A stretch of DNA of 64,000 nt. Origin: an uncultured Acidobacteriota bacterium. Lineage in GTDB: Bacteria; Acidobacteriota; UBA6911. The position numbers and the translations under genes were made by a program. The stretch is taken from the NCBI GenBank assembly GCA_963843575.1, contig CAWJKZ010000024.1, forward strand, positions 181,313 to 245,312, in the 5' to 3' direction. Positions 41,231 to 51,488 of this stretch are shown here, in pieces. Each line of letters starts with the position of its first letter. Within the stretch, counting starts at the first letter, position 1. The notes under the pieces were generated by a model that had not been told where the DNA came from, ran no database searches, and was given only the letters and a program-made list of their open reading frames with translations.

Positions 41231-44200
41231 TTACGGCGTGCGAATCGGGAACGGCAGCGCGTTCGTCCAGGCGGACGAGCCGCCGAGGTTGTTGTTCGCC
41301 CGGATCCGGTAGTAGTAGACCGTGTTGCGATTCACGGTCTGAATTAGGCTTCTGGCGGAGCCTGTAGGCGTGAAGGTCGCCAGGCCCGTCGTGAAGCCGA
41401 GGTTGGTGGCACGCTGGATCGTGAAGTTGGTCGGATTGGCAGCGGCCGCCCAGATGAGCGTCGCCGTGTCCTTGTTGCCGTTAGCCCGGGCAACCGCGAC
41501 TGTGAAGCTGGTCGGCGCTGCCGGAATCGTCGGGATTGCCACCGGGGATGCCAGCGTCGCGTACGCCGAAGGTCCCGCTGCGTTGACCGCCTTCACCCGG
41601 TAGAGGTAGCTGTTACCGGCCGCGACGTGGTATCGACGTAGGTCACGTCACCGGTGCTGTTCCTCGGCCCCGGTGCGGCGATCTGCGCGAAGTTGGTGCA
41701 AGTCGTCGCCGGCGCTACGAACGAGCAGCGCTCAACCACGAAGCCGGTTTCGTTGGTCGCGTTGTCCCTCCACGTCAGGCTCACCTGCGGCCCGCTCTGC
41801 ACCGTCGCCCGTCGGGTTCGTCGGAGCCGCGGGCCCCGTCGCCGCGGTACCGACAAGAACAGTAAGCACGCCGGACACGGAGTCGGCAGCCATCGTCGGG
41901 AAGCCTGCGATGCTGGTGTCGCCGACGGTCTGGCCAATCGCCCGCACGCGGTAGAAGTAAGTCACGTTGTTGACGTTCCCGATCCTGTCACCATACGCCC
42001 TGATGTTCGCTGCGACATTGACAGTCCTCAGGCCCGTGTTGAAGTTGGCATCCGAGGCCCTTTCGATGGCGAACTGGGCGACAGTCAGTGAGGGGCTGGT
42101 CCAGCTCAGGTTGACCGTCTTGTTACCACCGTTGCCGGTGATGGTGAACGCGGTGCTTAGCGTAGGCGCCGTCGGCGGAACCGCAAACACCAGTGAGTGC
42201 ATGAAGTCCATCTCTTCGTGGGACAGGATGTGGCAGTGCCACACGTACTCCCAGCCGAAGTTGACGGTGTGGTTCAGGATCTCCGGGATGGGGATTGCCG
42301 TTCGGGTCGAACCATCCGGCCGGCCCCGGCGGTGGAAGCGTGGCTCCGGGGGGCAGCGTCGGATCGATCAACCGCACGCTGTTGGGGAGCTCGAACGGAA
42401 TCTCAGTCGGAGTCGGAACGGTCGGCCTCAGCGCAAGGAAGGTGATCTCCAGCGGGTTGATAAAGACGGTGTCCTTCCAACCCACGTTCTGGGCGTCAAC
42501 AGCCCGCCCGGCTGGGAACGCTCCCGGCGCGACCTGCCCGTCCTGCCCGACGCGGCTGATGACCTGGGCAGTAAACAGGTGCGTGTGGATGGGATGAGTG
42601 TCCACGCCGTTGTGGAAGATTCTCCAGATCTGCGTGCCGTCGGCCAGCTGCCCGATCTTCGTGGTTTCGAGCGAGCCCTTGACGACGTCGGTCGGCGGGG
42701 ACGAGAACGGGAACGGGAGGATGAATCCCAGAGCCGAATTCGGGTTCGTCATCCCGAGCATGCCGCTCATCCGGCCGAACTGCGTGTCGTACACGCCGCC
42801 CATCTCGTCGTGCATCGCCTTCATCTCGAAGGGGATGGTGACGGCGGGCTGGAGGTTCCAGGCGTTGGTCACGCTGTCGTAGCCGAGCGGCTGGAAGTTC
42901 TTCTGCGTGTCCCCGATGTTGAGGACGTACTGGGACGCACCCGTCGGGAACGGCAGGTTGTCGTAGGCGGAGTTGTAGGCCGCCTGCGGGATGATGGATG
43001 GGATCCTGGCTGACCTCGAAGACGCCGCGCTTTGTTGCTGTCTTGGCAAACACGGCCTGGAGGTTGGCTAGCGTGACGTCCGGGGTCGGCGTCGTCACCG
43101 TCGTTCCCACCTGGATCTGCATGATCGTCCGGGTGTTGGGCCCGTAGCCCGGCAGCGTGTTGGGCGCGCCGCCGCTGTCCATCAGGTTCCCGTCTCCGGT
43201 GTAGTTGTCGTACGGCGCGGCGCCGGCCGGGACAGGCGCCGGGGAGTCGTTGTAGAGGATCAGCGTCTTGCCTGCGTAGGCGCTGAAGTCAACGATGACA
43301 TCCGAGCGCTCCGCTGCCATGAGGAACAGCGAGTGCTGGTTGACGATGCCGAAATTGAAGTAGGCCGGGTCAAGGTTGTACCCGATCGGCTGCTGCGGGA
43401 TCACGACCGGCGCCGGCGTGAAACCGCCCTCGGTGCCGATCTGGATCCACGAGCGGTCCTGCCGTTGTCGGATCGGGAACGCCGCTCGGCGTGTCGGCGT
43501 ACTGGTTAGCGGCGGTGCCAAGGGCAAGACTGACCGGGACCATCCGGACCTCGGTGCAGTCCCCCACTGGGACGGCGCCGGTGCAGAGAGGTGCTGGCGC
43601 CGCCGCGGTCGCCGTGGTGTCCGCCTTCTTGTCCGCAGCGACGTAGAGCTGCAGGTTCTGGGCCCGGTCGTTGGATGCGTTCAGGATGCGGAACCGATAG
43701 GCCTTTGGTTCCACCGTCAGGGATGGGTAAGCGGTTCCGTTCACGATGGGCGTGTCCAGAAAGCTCTCGCCCGGGATGGAGGGATTCGGCACGCCGGGAT
43801 TAAACGGCGGTTCCCACGGCGCGGTGCACTGGGCCGGGGGGGTTGGGATCGGGATGCAATCCAGCTGCCCTGGACCGCCGCATGGTGCCGGTGTCCAGCA
43901 GTCCTGGTCGAAGTACGGGTTCGGCACGGGGCCGACATCAATGCATCCCACCGGGCCGCCGTTGACGCACGTCGGGGTGGGGGGGTTGAACCACGGCCCG
44001 TAGAACCAGCGGCCGAAGGGGTTCGTTCCGGTCGGATCCCACGGATTCGTGACCGTCATGTAGACGTGTGGGTACCAGAAATCGCCCGTGACGGCTGTCC
44101 CCGGCGCCGCCCCTGATCCCCAAGCCCACGTCGGGTCCTGGGCGTAAACCGTTTCGGCGTCCACGAACGTCTTGTCCTGGATGACCAGCGGGATGCCGAT

Positions 44201-45736
44201 GTCAGGGAGAACCTTGAGCCCGTTGGGGTTCACGCCCGAAACGTTGCTGCCGGAGATCATGTCGGTCTCGACGGCATCCGTGATCACGTATCCCGCCGCC
44301 TCGCCGGCATACACGTTGAGGCGCGTGATGCCGTGGGCGTGATCGTGGTAGAACTGCAGGCGGGCGCTCTGGGCGTTGGTGTAGAAGAACGTCATGCACC
44401 CGCTGCTCTTCTTGGCAGCACTGTCGCCGGGAAGCCCCGGGGCCAGAGGATTGGCGTCGCAACCTGTGCCCATGTCCGGCACGTTGCGCGCGCTGACGCC
44501 CGCCGGGTACGGTGTGACTTCACTCGCCGGCGTGATCCACTGGTGGGTGTTGCCGTCGCTGATCCACACGGTGTTGTTGCCGTGGAGGTGGATGGTCGCC
44601 CGGTTCTGCGTGTACTTGTCGTTTGCCACGCCCGGCAGCGCGGGTCCGATCCCGGAACCCGGAACCGTCTCGTCCACCGGCAGCAGGAGGTTTCCGCCGC
44701 TGGCACTGTTAGGAAGCAGGTTGTAGAACGTGATGCGAACCGGCTTCGCGGCACCCGCCGCGCCTAACCCAGCTACCTTGCCCAGGGCCACTATGGTCGG
44801 CCCAAGGTAATGGGGATTATCGATGGCAAACTTCCCACTGCCGACGTCAATGTGCTTGCTGACAAGGGGCGGATTCATGGCCGCCATTGCAGCCAGTAAC
44901 CCAGGTGTCTCCAGTTGTACGTAACCGCGGAGCTTCGTCGCCGGCAGGTCCGAGTGCATCTTTTCCTCATACAGGACCAGGCCGATCGAGTAACAGTCCG
45001 CCTGCTGAGTGCTATATGTGCACGGCTCGTTAACCCCAACCGGGATGTACTGGCCCTGTATCCCAGGCTTGACCGGATCCTGGTCGATGTTGTTGGCCCC
45101 GGCAGGTCCAAGCCCAGGAAGAGTGTCAACGAACTTGCGAATCCCGCCACCGGTAGGCGTGCCGATGATCGCGTCGCCGACGAAACCGGTGCCGTCTAGG
45201 TCAGTGATGTTAACGACTGGAGCCATGTACCCGGCGCCGAAACCGTTAATCGTGAAACCGGTAATGACCCCGCCCGTTACCTGGGCCGACACGTCTGCCG
45301 CGGTGTAGCACGCCGGGGCAGCGGTGGGGCACTGCGGTAGATAAGCATCGTCGACAGTGACGGTAGGCGCGGTGTACCCCGTGCCTCCGTCCACGACCGT
45401 GATGGTCCCGACGGGACCCTTCGGGAGCGGACTGAACGCCCAGTTGCCGTAGGGTCCGAAATAATGCGGCACCCCGCCTGGAGCGGGGACCTGCGCCGCC
45501 ATCGGGTTTATGGCTGTCAGGGCGGCGATCCCAGGCTTCAGACCGCGCTTGGCGGCGTCCTTTGCCGCCTTCTTCTGCACGGACGGCGGGATTCTCTTGA
45601 ATTTCTCCTTGTAGACTTGGTCACGTGTGACCTTGTCCTTCTTGGGCTTTTGTGCGTAGTTGACGCCGGTCGCCAGCGAAACGGCAACCGCCATCATTAT
45701 CAGCCGCACAAAAATCATGTATCTGCGACTAGTCAT
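41231..45736 (-). CDS. Giant secreted multicopper oxidase of about 1500 aa with C-terminal fibronectin-III-like domains (frameshifted)
   Basis: RBS and ATG at 45736 with signal peptide MTSRRYMIFVRLIMMAVAVSLATG. Copper-site motifs HLHG (ATIHLHGNN), HDHAHG, HTHLFTAQV and HCHILSHEEMDFM. Terminal FN3-like segments (SLTWRDNATNETGFVVERC; TNFTIQRATNLGFTTGLATF...YYYRIRANN). Confidence 0.8.
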
Positions 45737-45781
45737 ACAGTGTCTCCTCAATTTGTCAACCTCGATGCAACTTCCACATTC

Positions 45782-45793
45782 ACGCATATGCAG
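45782..45793. promoter_or_regulatory. Perfect 12-bp palindrome ATGCAGCTGCAT about 45 bp upstream of the MCO start (candidate operator)
   Basis: The sequence is identical to its own reverse complement and sits in the MCO-cusBA leader. Confidence 0.25.
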
Positions 45794-46131
45794 CTGCATG
45801 CTTTATTCCCTTGTCCCAAAATCGCTTCCGGGAATCTGCACCCTGGAGGGGGCCAGGTAATCGTCTGGGCCGGAATGACCGGCGGCAAGCTTTGAACTCG
45901 CCCTAGGGGAGCCTGGAGGGGCTTTCATCACCATGCGATTCTCCATGAGTGGGTGTTTTATTACGGAGAGGTCAAGACAAACAATTCGTGGAGTTACCCA
46001 TTCTTGAATGGGTATAACTACTCAGTGGGCCTTGAGTGGGGATCTTTGAGATTCTTAGGGTCCTTTGAGACTTTGAGGTAAAGCTAAAATTCGCCTCGAA
46101 GACTCTAACTAACGGCCCGTCCCTCGCGCTC

Positions 46132-46299
46132 AAGTGGGTCCGGGCTTCAGCCCGGACGCAGTTTGCGGTCGCTATGCAGGGCAGGTGGAGCTGTATGGAA
46201 CGGATTTAAAGACGTCCGGGCTGAAGCCCGGACCCACTTGGTTTACGGGCAGGGCGGACGGTTAACCGTTGGACGGCCTCTGAAGCCCGGACCCACTTG
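46132..46299. mobile_element. MITE-like element, full copy: arm, about 55-bp spacer, inverted arm, about 40 bp, and a third partial arm
   Basis: AAGTGGGTCCGGGCTTCAGCCCGGACG at 46132-46158. Its reverse complement is at 46213-46239. Partial CTGAAGCCCGGACCCACTTGG at 46279-46299. Architecture matches the 55168 copy, including the shared GGTT.AACCG.TGGACG.CCTCTGAAGCCCGGACCCAC segment. Confidence 0.75.
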
Positions 46300-46321
46300 G
46301 TTTTTCTAATGCGGGATTTTG

Positions 46322-47899
46322 TCAGTGGCGGGGGGTGGCGATGCCGACCGTCAGGCTGCCGTCCGCGTCGACGTCGCCGACCACGAGGTACACGTTCGCG
46401 CCGGGCGCGATCGTGACGGTGTTGGTCAGGGTCCCCATGGCGTTGTCGAGGTTGAGCGCCAGGCTCGAGTTCAGCACGACCGCGTTGACGCGCGCGGACC
46501 GTCCCTTGGCCGTGGCGACCTCGGATTCGAGCGACGGGGCGAATTCGAACGGGGTGCCGGCCAGGCTGCCGTCGCCAAAGCCTTTCAGGACGACGCCCCG
46601 GTTGGTGAAGTCCATGCCCAGAAGCTGCAGCCTCCCGGTCCCGGTCGGGTCGGCGGCCAGCACGTAGTCGCGGTAAACGTCGAGCCAGCCCGTTTGGTAC
46701 CTGAACTGGTTGCCCGACTTTCCGTACAGGAGGGTCAACACTCCGGTCCCGACGCCCGACACCGCGACGTCCATGAAACCGTCGCCGTTGAAATCGGCGG
46801 CGGCAATTGAGCGGACGCCCTTGCCGGTTTCGACCTGAAACTGCTCTTCGTAGTTCCCGTCGGCGCCGGCCATGAAGAAGCGCAGCAACCCCTGGAACGG
46901 GACCTGCACGGCGGCGTCGGGGAGCCCGTCGTTGTTGAAATCCGCGACGGCAATCGATACCGAGAACTCGGTCGGGATCGCTGAAGGGGAGCACGTCGAA
47001 ATCGCGCAAGCCCAGCTCGGCCGATTCGAACACACCGTCGCGGGGGTGGCTGACCCGCACCGATTCCAGCGTGCCTCCCTCCCCGACCCGCAGCATGTAG
47101 CTCGGCCGGACCGTCACGGTCCCACCCGGCCCCGTGGCTGCGACCTGGGGAGTGGCCGTTTCCGTGGTGGCAGTCTCCTTTGCGGCGGTTTCGGTCGCCT
47201 CGGTCGTCTTGGTCTCGGTGGTCTTGGTTTCCGTCGTGGTCTCGGTCGCAGGGCGAAGCGTCGCCCAGCGACTCGCGCGCGCGCCGGAACGGGTTTTCGT
47301 CCTGCTCTTCGGCCGGTTCCGAAATCCCCGTCGATTCCACCCGGCCTTTCGCCGAACATGTGCGAGAAGAAGTTCCCGAACGAACCCCCGATGCCGGACT
47401 GCATCATCCGCAGGATTTCCTTGTCGGAGTAGCCCGACGTGCGCAGGGACGGGGCAGGGGGGCCGAATACGGGGATGTTTCCGTTCATGCGCCTGATCGA
47501 GAGCTCGCCCTCGGCGTTACCCAAGGCCATGGCGTAGAGGAAGGGGTCTCCCTGCGCCGTCAGCATCGCTCGGCTGACCGCGGCCTCGAAGGGATCCTCG
47601 ACCGGGGATTCGGCGACCTCGCCGAAACGCGGATTGCGGACGGGTTTGAGCGCGTCGTAAATCCCGGGCTGCTGGTCGGGCAGGGCCGCCCGGGGCGCGA
47701 GCGCCAAGTCCTCCGCGCCGGCCTGAAGCGGTTGTGGCTCGACCGGGGATACCGTCAAGTGGTAGCAGAAGATGGCGAGTGCCGGGGCCAGAACGAATGC
47801 AGCCAGGATGAGGGCGGAGGGACGCAGACGTGTATTGAGAAACCGAGGAGCAGACGCCAGCTTCGGTCGGAAGCGTGCCGAATTCAAAACGAACTCCAA
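46322..47899 (-). CDS. Secreted FG-GAP/VCBS-repeat protein with a Thr/Glu-rich linker (frameshifted; N-terminal boundary uncertain)
   Basis: Repeated DFNNDGLPD, DFNGDGFMD and GDVDADG motifs in 46322-47035. The upstream fragment has a hydrophobic N-terminus and a TTETKTTE low-complexity linker. Confidence 0.6.
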
Positions 47900-48024
47900 T
47901 ACTTCCCTGACTTGTGCGCCGCCAACGTTCTACGATGATGCAAAAGGCCTAAACCCGATGGCCTAGTTTATATGACTAATCGAGAGCCCGTGTAAAGCAA
48001 TTTTTCCAACAATTTACCAACATC

Positions 48025-48507
48025 CTACCGGTTGCGGCTCCCCTCGAGTTCGAGGGCCCGGCGCCAGCTCTCGATGGCGCGGTCGCTGTCGCCGGCGAGA
48101 CGGTAGAGCCGCGCCTTGGTGGCCAGGATCTTGGCCCGGTTGGCGTTGAGCTCCGTGTTTTTGAGGGCCTCGTCCAGGAGTGTCTGGCCGAGGTCGAACC
48201 GGCGGATTTCCGCGAACTTGTCGGTGATGATGCTCAGGCTCTGCGCGACAAGGCTCTCGTACTCGGGTGGGAAGCGGAGCTGGATGATCTGGCGGGCCTC
48301 CGCCATCGCCTTGTCCAGGTCGCCCTTCTTTATGTAGAGCTCGGCCAGGTCGTGGTGGGCCTCGGCGAGGTCGAATTTCTGAGCCAGTTCCGGGCTGCGT
48401 GTCTGCGGCTGCGCCTGGCCGGAACCCACGACAGGGGCGCAGGCGAGCAGCAGGGCGAGAAGCGGGAGCTTCAGCGCCCTTGGGCCCAATGCGAGGTCAA
48501 GAATCAT
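48025..48507 (-). CDS. TPR-repeat lipoprotein
   Basis: Signal/lipobox-like N-terminus LPLLALLLACAPV and TPR helices (AEAHHDLAELYIKKGDLDKAMAEARQII; RAKILATKARLYRLAGDSDRAIESWRRALEL). Confidence 0.6.
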   Translation of the reverse strand: MILDLALGPRALKLPLLALLLACAPVVGSGQAQPQTRSPELAQKFDLAEAHHDLAELYIKKGDLDKAMAEARQIIQLRFPPEYESLVAQSLSIITDKFAEIRRFDLGQTLLDEALKNTELNANRAKILATKARLYRLAGDSDRAIESWRRALELEGSRNR

Positions 48508-48540
48508 ACGGACTGCTCCCTGGCGGGGATGCGCTCCCCG

Positions 48541-49056
48541 CTACCGGTCGGCGAATGGATTTCCCTTGCCCTGAATCAGGGTAGATTGATATCTCGTAAA
48601 AGGATTGCTGTAATCCTGTCCCAGGCTGCGGAACGGGTTCCCCGCTTCCTTGAGGCGGGCCTGCTCGACCGCGCCGTACTGCGCGATGGCGGTCAGCTCA
48701 CTCTGCCGGGCCGCGTCCCTGTACTGGCGGACTCCCACGGTCAAGGCGAGGAGCATGAACAGCGACAGGCTGACGCCGACGGCGAACTGCCGCGGCCTGG
48801 ACAACACTCCGAACCAGCCGGGGGCCGGCCGCGGCTCCTCGAGCCTCGCCCGGATCCGGAACCACTGCGCGGCGGGCACGTCGATCTCGAGCCCCGTCGA
48901 GCGGAACAGGAGGTCGACCGACCGCCACCGGGCGAGTTCGTCCCGGCAGCCCGCGCACGTCTCCAGGTGCCCGCGGATCTCCTCGAAGCGCGCGTCGGCG
49001 CGGTCGCCGTCGAGGTAAGGGCCGAAATCTGCGGGATGGTCTGTTCTCGCGTTCAT
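48541..49056 (-). CDS. Zinc-finger anti-sigma factor
   Basis: HLETCAGCRDELARW motif, one TM helix (FAVGVSLSLFMLLALTV), and a 4-nt overlap with the upstream ECF sigma gene. Confidence 0.65.
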   Translation of the reverse strand: MNARTDHPADFGPYLDGDRADARFEEIRGHLETCAGCRDELARWRSVDLLFRSTGLEIDVPAAQWFRIRARLEEPRPAPGWFGVLSRPRQFAVGVSLSLFMLLALTVGVRQYRDAARQSELTAIAQYGAVEQARLKEAGNPFRSLGQDYSNPFTRYQSTLIQGKGNPFADR

Positions 49057-49742
49057 CTTCGGATTTCCAGGTATTGCCCCAGGGACTTGCGCGCGAAAGA
49101 ACGGGCACGGAATATGTCCGTCTTGACCGACAGGAGCGAACGTCCCACGATGTCGGAAATCTCGGCGTAACTCTTTTCGTGAATCACGGCCAGCACGAAT
49201 ACCTCGCGAAGCTTCGGCGGGAGCGAACCGAGCACCACCCTGATCCGCGCCCCCAGTTCCTCCTGAAGAACCACATCCTGCGGGGTCGGCCGGCCGTCGG
49301 CCGGTTCGAACTCCGCCTGCTCCCTGCCGTCGCCCCCCACCGCTGGCGGCTGCCGGGGAGGCTCGCTCCGCTTTTTGCGGAACGTCTGATAAACCTCGTT
49401 TCTGGCGATGCGGTAGAGCCAGGATTCGAACCGCCCGGGATCCTGCAGCCTCGGGAGTTCGTGAAAGGCCCTCAGGAAAACGTTCTGCGCCAGATCTTCC
49501 GCGTCTTCCCGGCTATCTACCATCCGGTAGATGAAATTCAATATGCGCCGGCCGTACTCCTGGTGGACCTGCCGGAAGGCTTCCACCTCGCCGGCCTTGG
49601 CTCTCTGGATGAGTTCAGCCTGTTCGCTCTTCAAAAATCGTATCTCGAGGGTGAAAGGCTTTCCGTCGCAGAGCCGACTGCCAAGATGATCCGAGACGGA
49701 AAAAGTTGCAAAAAAAAGCTTGACTCGCCGCGGATTATGCAA
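49053..49742 (-). CDS. ECF-type sigma-70 factor (true start probably downstream of 49742)
   Basis: Region 2 (DLAQNVFLRAFHELPRLQDPGRFESWLYRIARN) and region 4 (LPPKLREVFVLAVIHEKSYAEISDIVGRSLLSVKTDIFRAR). Confidence 0.8.
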   Translation of the reverse strand: MHNPRRVKLFFATFSVSDHLGSRLCDGKPFTLEIRFLKSEQAELIQRAKAGEVEAFRQVHQEYGRRILNFIYRMVDSREDAEDLAQNVFLRAFHELPRLQDPGRFESWLYRIARNEVYQTFRKKRSEPPRQPPAVGGDGREQAEFEPADGRPTPQDVVLQEELGARIRVVLGSLPPKLREVFVLAVIHEKSYAEISDIVGRSLLSVKTDIFRARSFARKSLGQYLEIRR

Positions 49743-49829
49743 CCTTGCGGCCCCGCATGCCGTCCTGTATAGTCACATGGCTGCAGACGCCGCCAGGGTC
49801 TTTCGCGCACCCTTCAAGGAGTCGTTTTC

Positions 49830-51036
49830 ATGTCTCTCCCCAACCAGGACCGCCGTTCCCGCACCGGGCGGGCAGTCTGCCTGCTGGTTCGCAACCTTAT
49901 AATGGCCACGTCTGTTTTCGTCCTCTGGGCCGCCCCCATTATCGGCATGGACCAGGACGCTGTCCAGAGCACGGCACAGCCGGCCGACCCGGAGGCGCAG
50001 GTGCGGGCACGGATCACGGCCTACTGGGAAGCCATGCAGCGGGAGGACTACCGGGCGGCCGCGCAGTTCGTCCACCCGGCCTCCCGCGACCTTTTCGAAC
50101 ACAGGGTCCCCAAGTCCCGGATCGACCGGTGGAGCATCCAGAAGCTCCAGTTCAACGACGAGCGCACCGTGTGCGACGCTACCATCCTCGTTTCGAAACC
50201 CGTAGCCATTTTCGAATCCAACGTCGTCGACTGGCCCTTGAAAAACCAGTGGGTGCTGTTCGAGGGGGACTGGTACTTCAAGATCCCCTGGGACAGCAAG
50301 ACGAACCCGGCGCTCGAGTTGTTCCGCGCCCAGCAGGACACGGCCGCGAAAACGACCGAGATCCGCGAAGCCAGGCCGAGCACCGCCGCGCCGTCGGCCG
50401 AAGCGATCGAGCGGCTCGCCGCCACCCGGTTTTTCACGCCCGGACCCGGCCAACCCCTCGGTCGTCCACAACGGGCAGAAAAGCGTGTTCCGCTATCACT
50501 ACACCAACGCCAAGGCCACGGCGACGCGCATCGTCTCGGTCCACTCCGACTGCCACTGCACCAGTGTCAAGCAGGAGTACCCGGAGATCGCTCCGGGCGC
50601 GGAGGGGACAGTGGAGGTGACGCTGGACACCTTCGGGCTGCCGCTGGGATCTGTCCAGAAGGAAGTGTATGTCACGTTCGCCGACCAGGCGGATCCCCAG
50701 GTGATCCGGATCTCGGTCAAGAACCAGCCCAATTTCGCCGTCAGCCCCGCCCGGGTCAACTTCGGGCTGGTGGCGCGCGGCAAACCAGCCGAGGCGTCGC
50801 TCCGGATCGTCAACCAGAGCGGCCAGCCCGTGAAGCTGCTGTCGCACCTCAAATCCGACCCGAAGCTCCAGGTCGTCGTGGACAAGCCCGCCCTCGAACC
50901 GGGCGAGACGGCGACCGTGACGCTCCGCTACGACGCCTCCTCCGCCGGCGAGTTCCTTGACAGCCTCATGCTTCAGACGGACCTCGCGGCGGAACCCCTG
51001 ATCACGGTGGCCGTCCGCGGCGAAGTCGCCCGCTGA
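49830..51036 (+). CDS. Secreted protein with an NTF2-like N-terminal domain and a C-terminal DUF1573 domain (single frameshift near 50440, or two adjacent genes)
   Basis: DUF1573 signature NGQKSVFRYHYTNAKATATRIVSVHSDCHCTSV. A repeated Ig-like fold continues to 51036. Confidence 0.5.
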
Positions 51037-51039
51037 GGC

Positions 51040-51488
51040 TCGGAGAGAAGAACGCGGATTTCAGGGATCTAACGGATTCACGCGGCCTGCCACCCATGCC
51101 TTTATCTTCGTTCCGCGTGGATCCGCGGCCATCCGCGTCCGCAAAAGCAGGTTCTTTTTTTAATCAAATAGCTTTTTCCCCGCAACTTTTTGCCGATTTG
51201 TGCATCTGTGACCGTGTTGTTTGAGGTTCCCGTACGTGGGGACCCCCAGGACGACGTCCCTGAAATCAGTTGACATTCCCCGCGCTGGCTGTTAGGGTTG
51301 CGCCGCCAGTATGGGTAAGTCGTACGTTGTAGCATGTCCCTTCGAGAAGGGGTGTGCCGGCTTGTTTGCCGTTCGCCCTACAACGCGCCTTAGCTCGAAA
51401 TTACTTGGACCTCTAGATGAACCTATCGGACGCACGAAAGTCTGGTAGTCGTTACCCAATGCTCACCATTTACTTACGGAGAAAGCGT
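51040..51488 (+). promoter_or_regulatory. Long (about 450 nt) lower-GC 5' leader or promoter region of the putative surface-protein gene
   Basis: Locally lower GC. TTGACA at about 51271 with TAGGGT 17 nt downstream. RBS GGAGAAAG precedes the ATG at 51489. Confidence 0.35.

Noticed and set aside
51076-51166. Inverted repeat GGATTCACGCGG...CCGCGTGGATCC followed about 30 nt later by a T-run, a possible terminator of the DUF1573 gene
   Set aside because: The loop is 25 nt, and the T-tract is not contiguous with the stem. It is too weak to call. It may instead be part of the long leader of the downstream gene.
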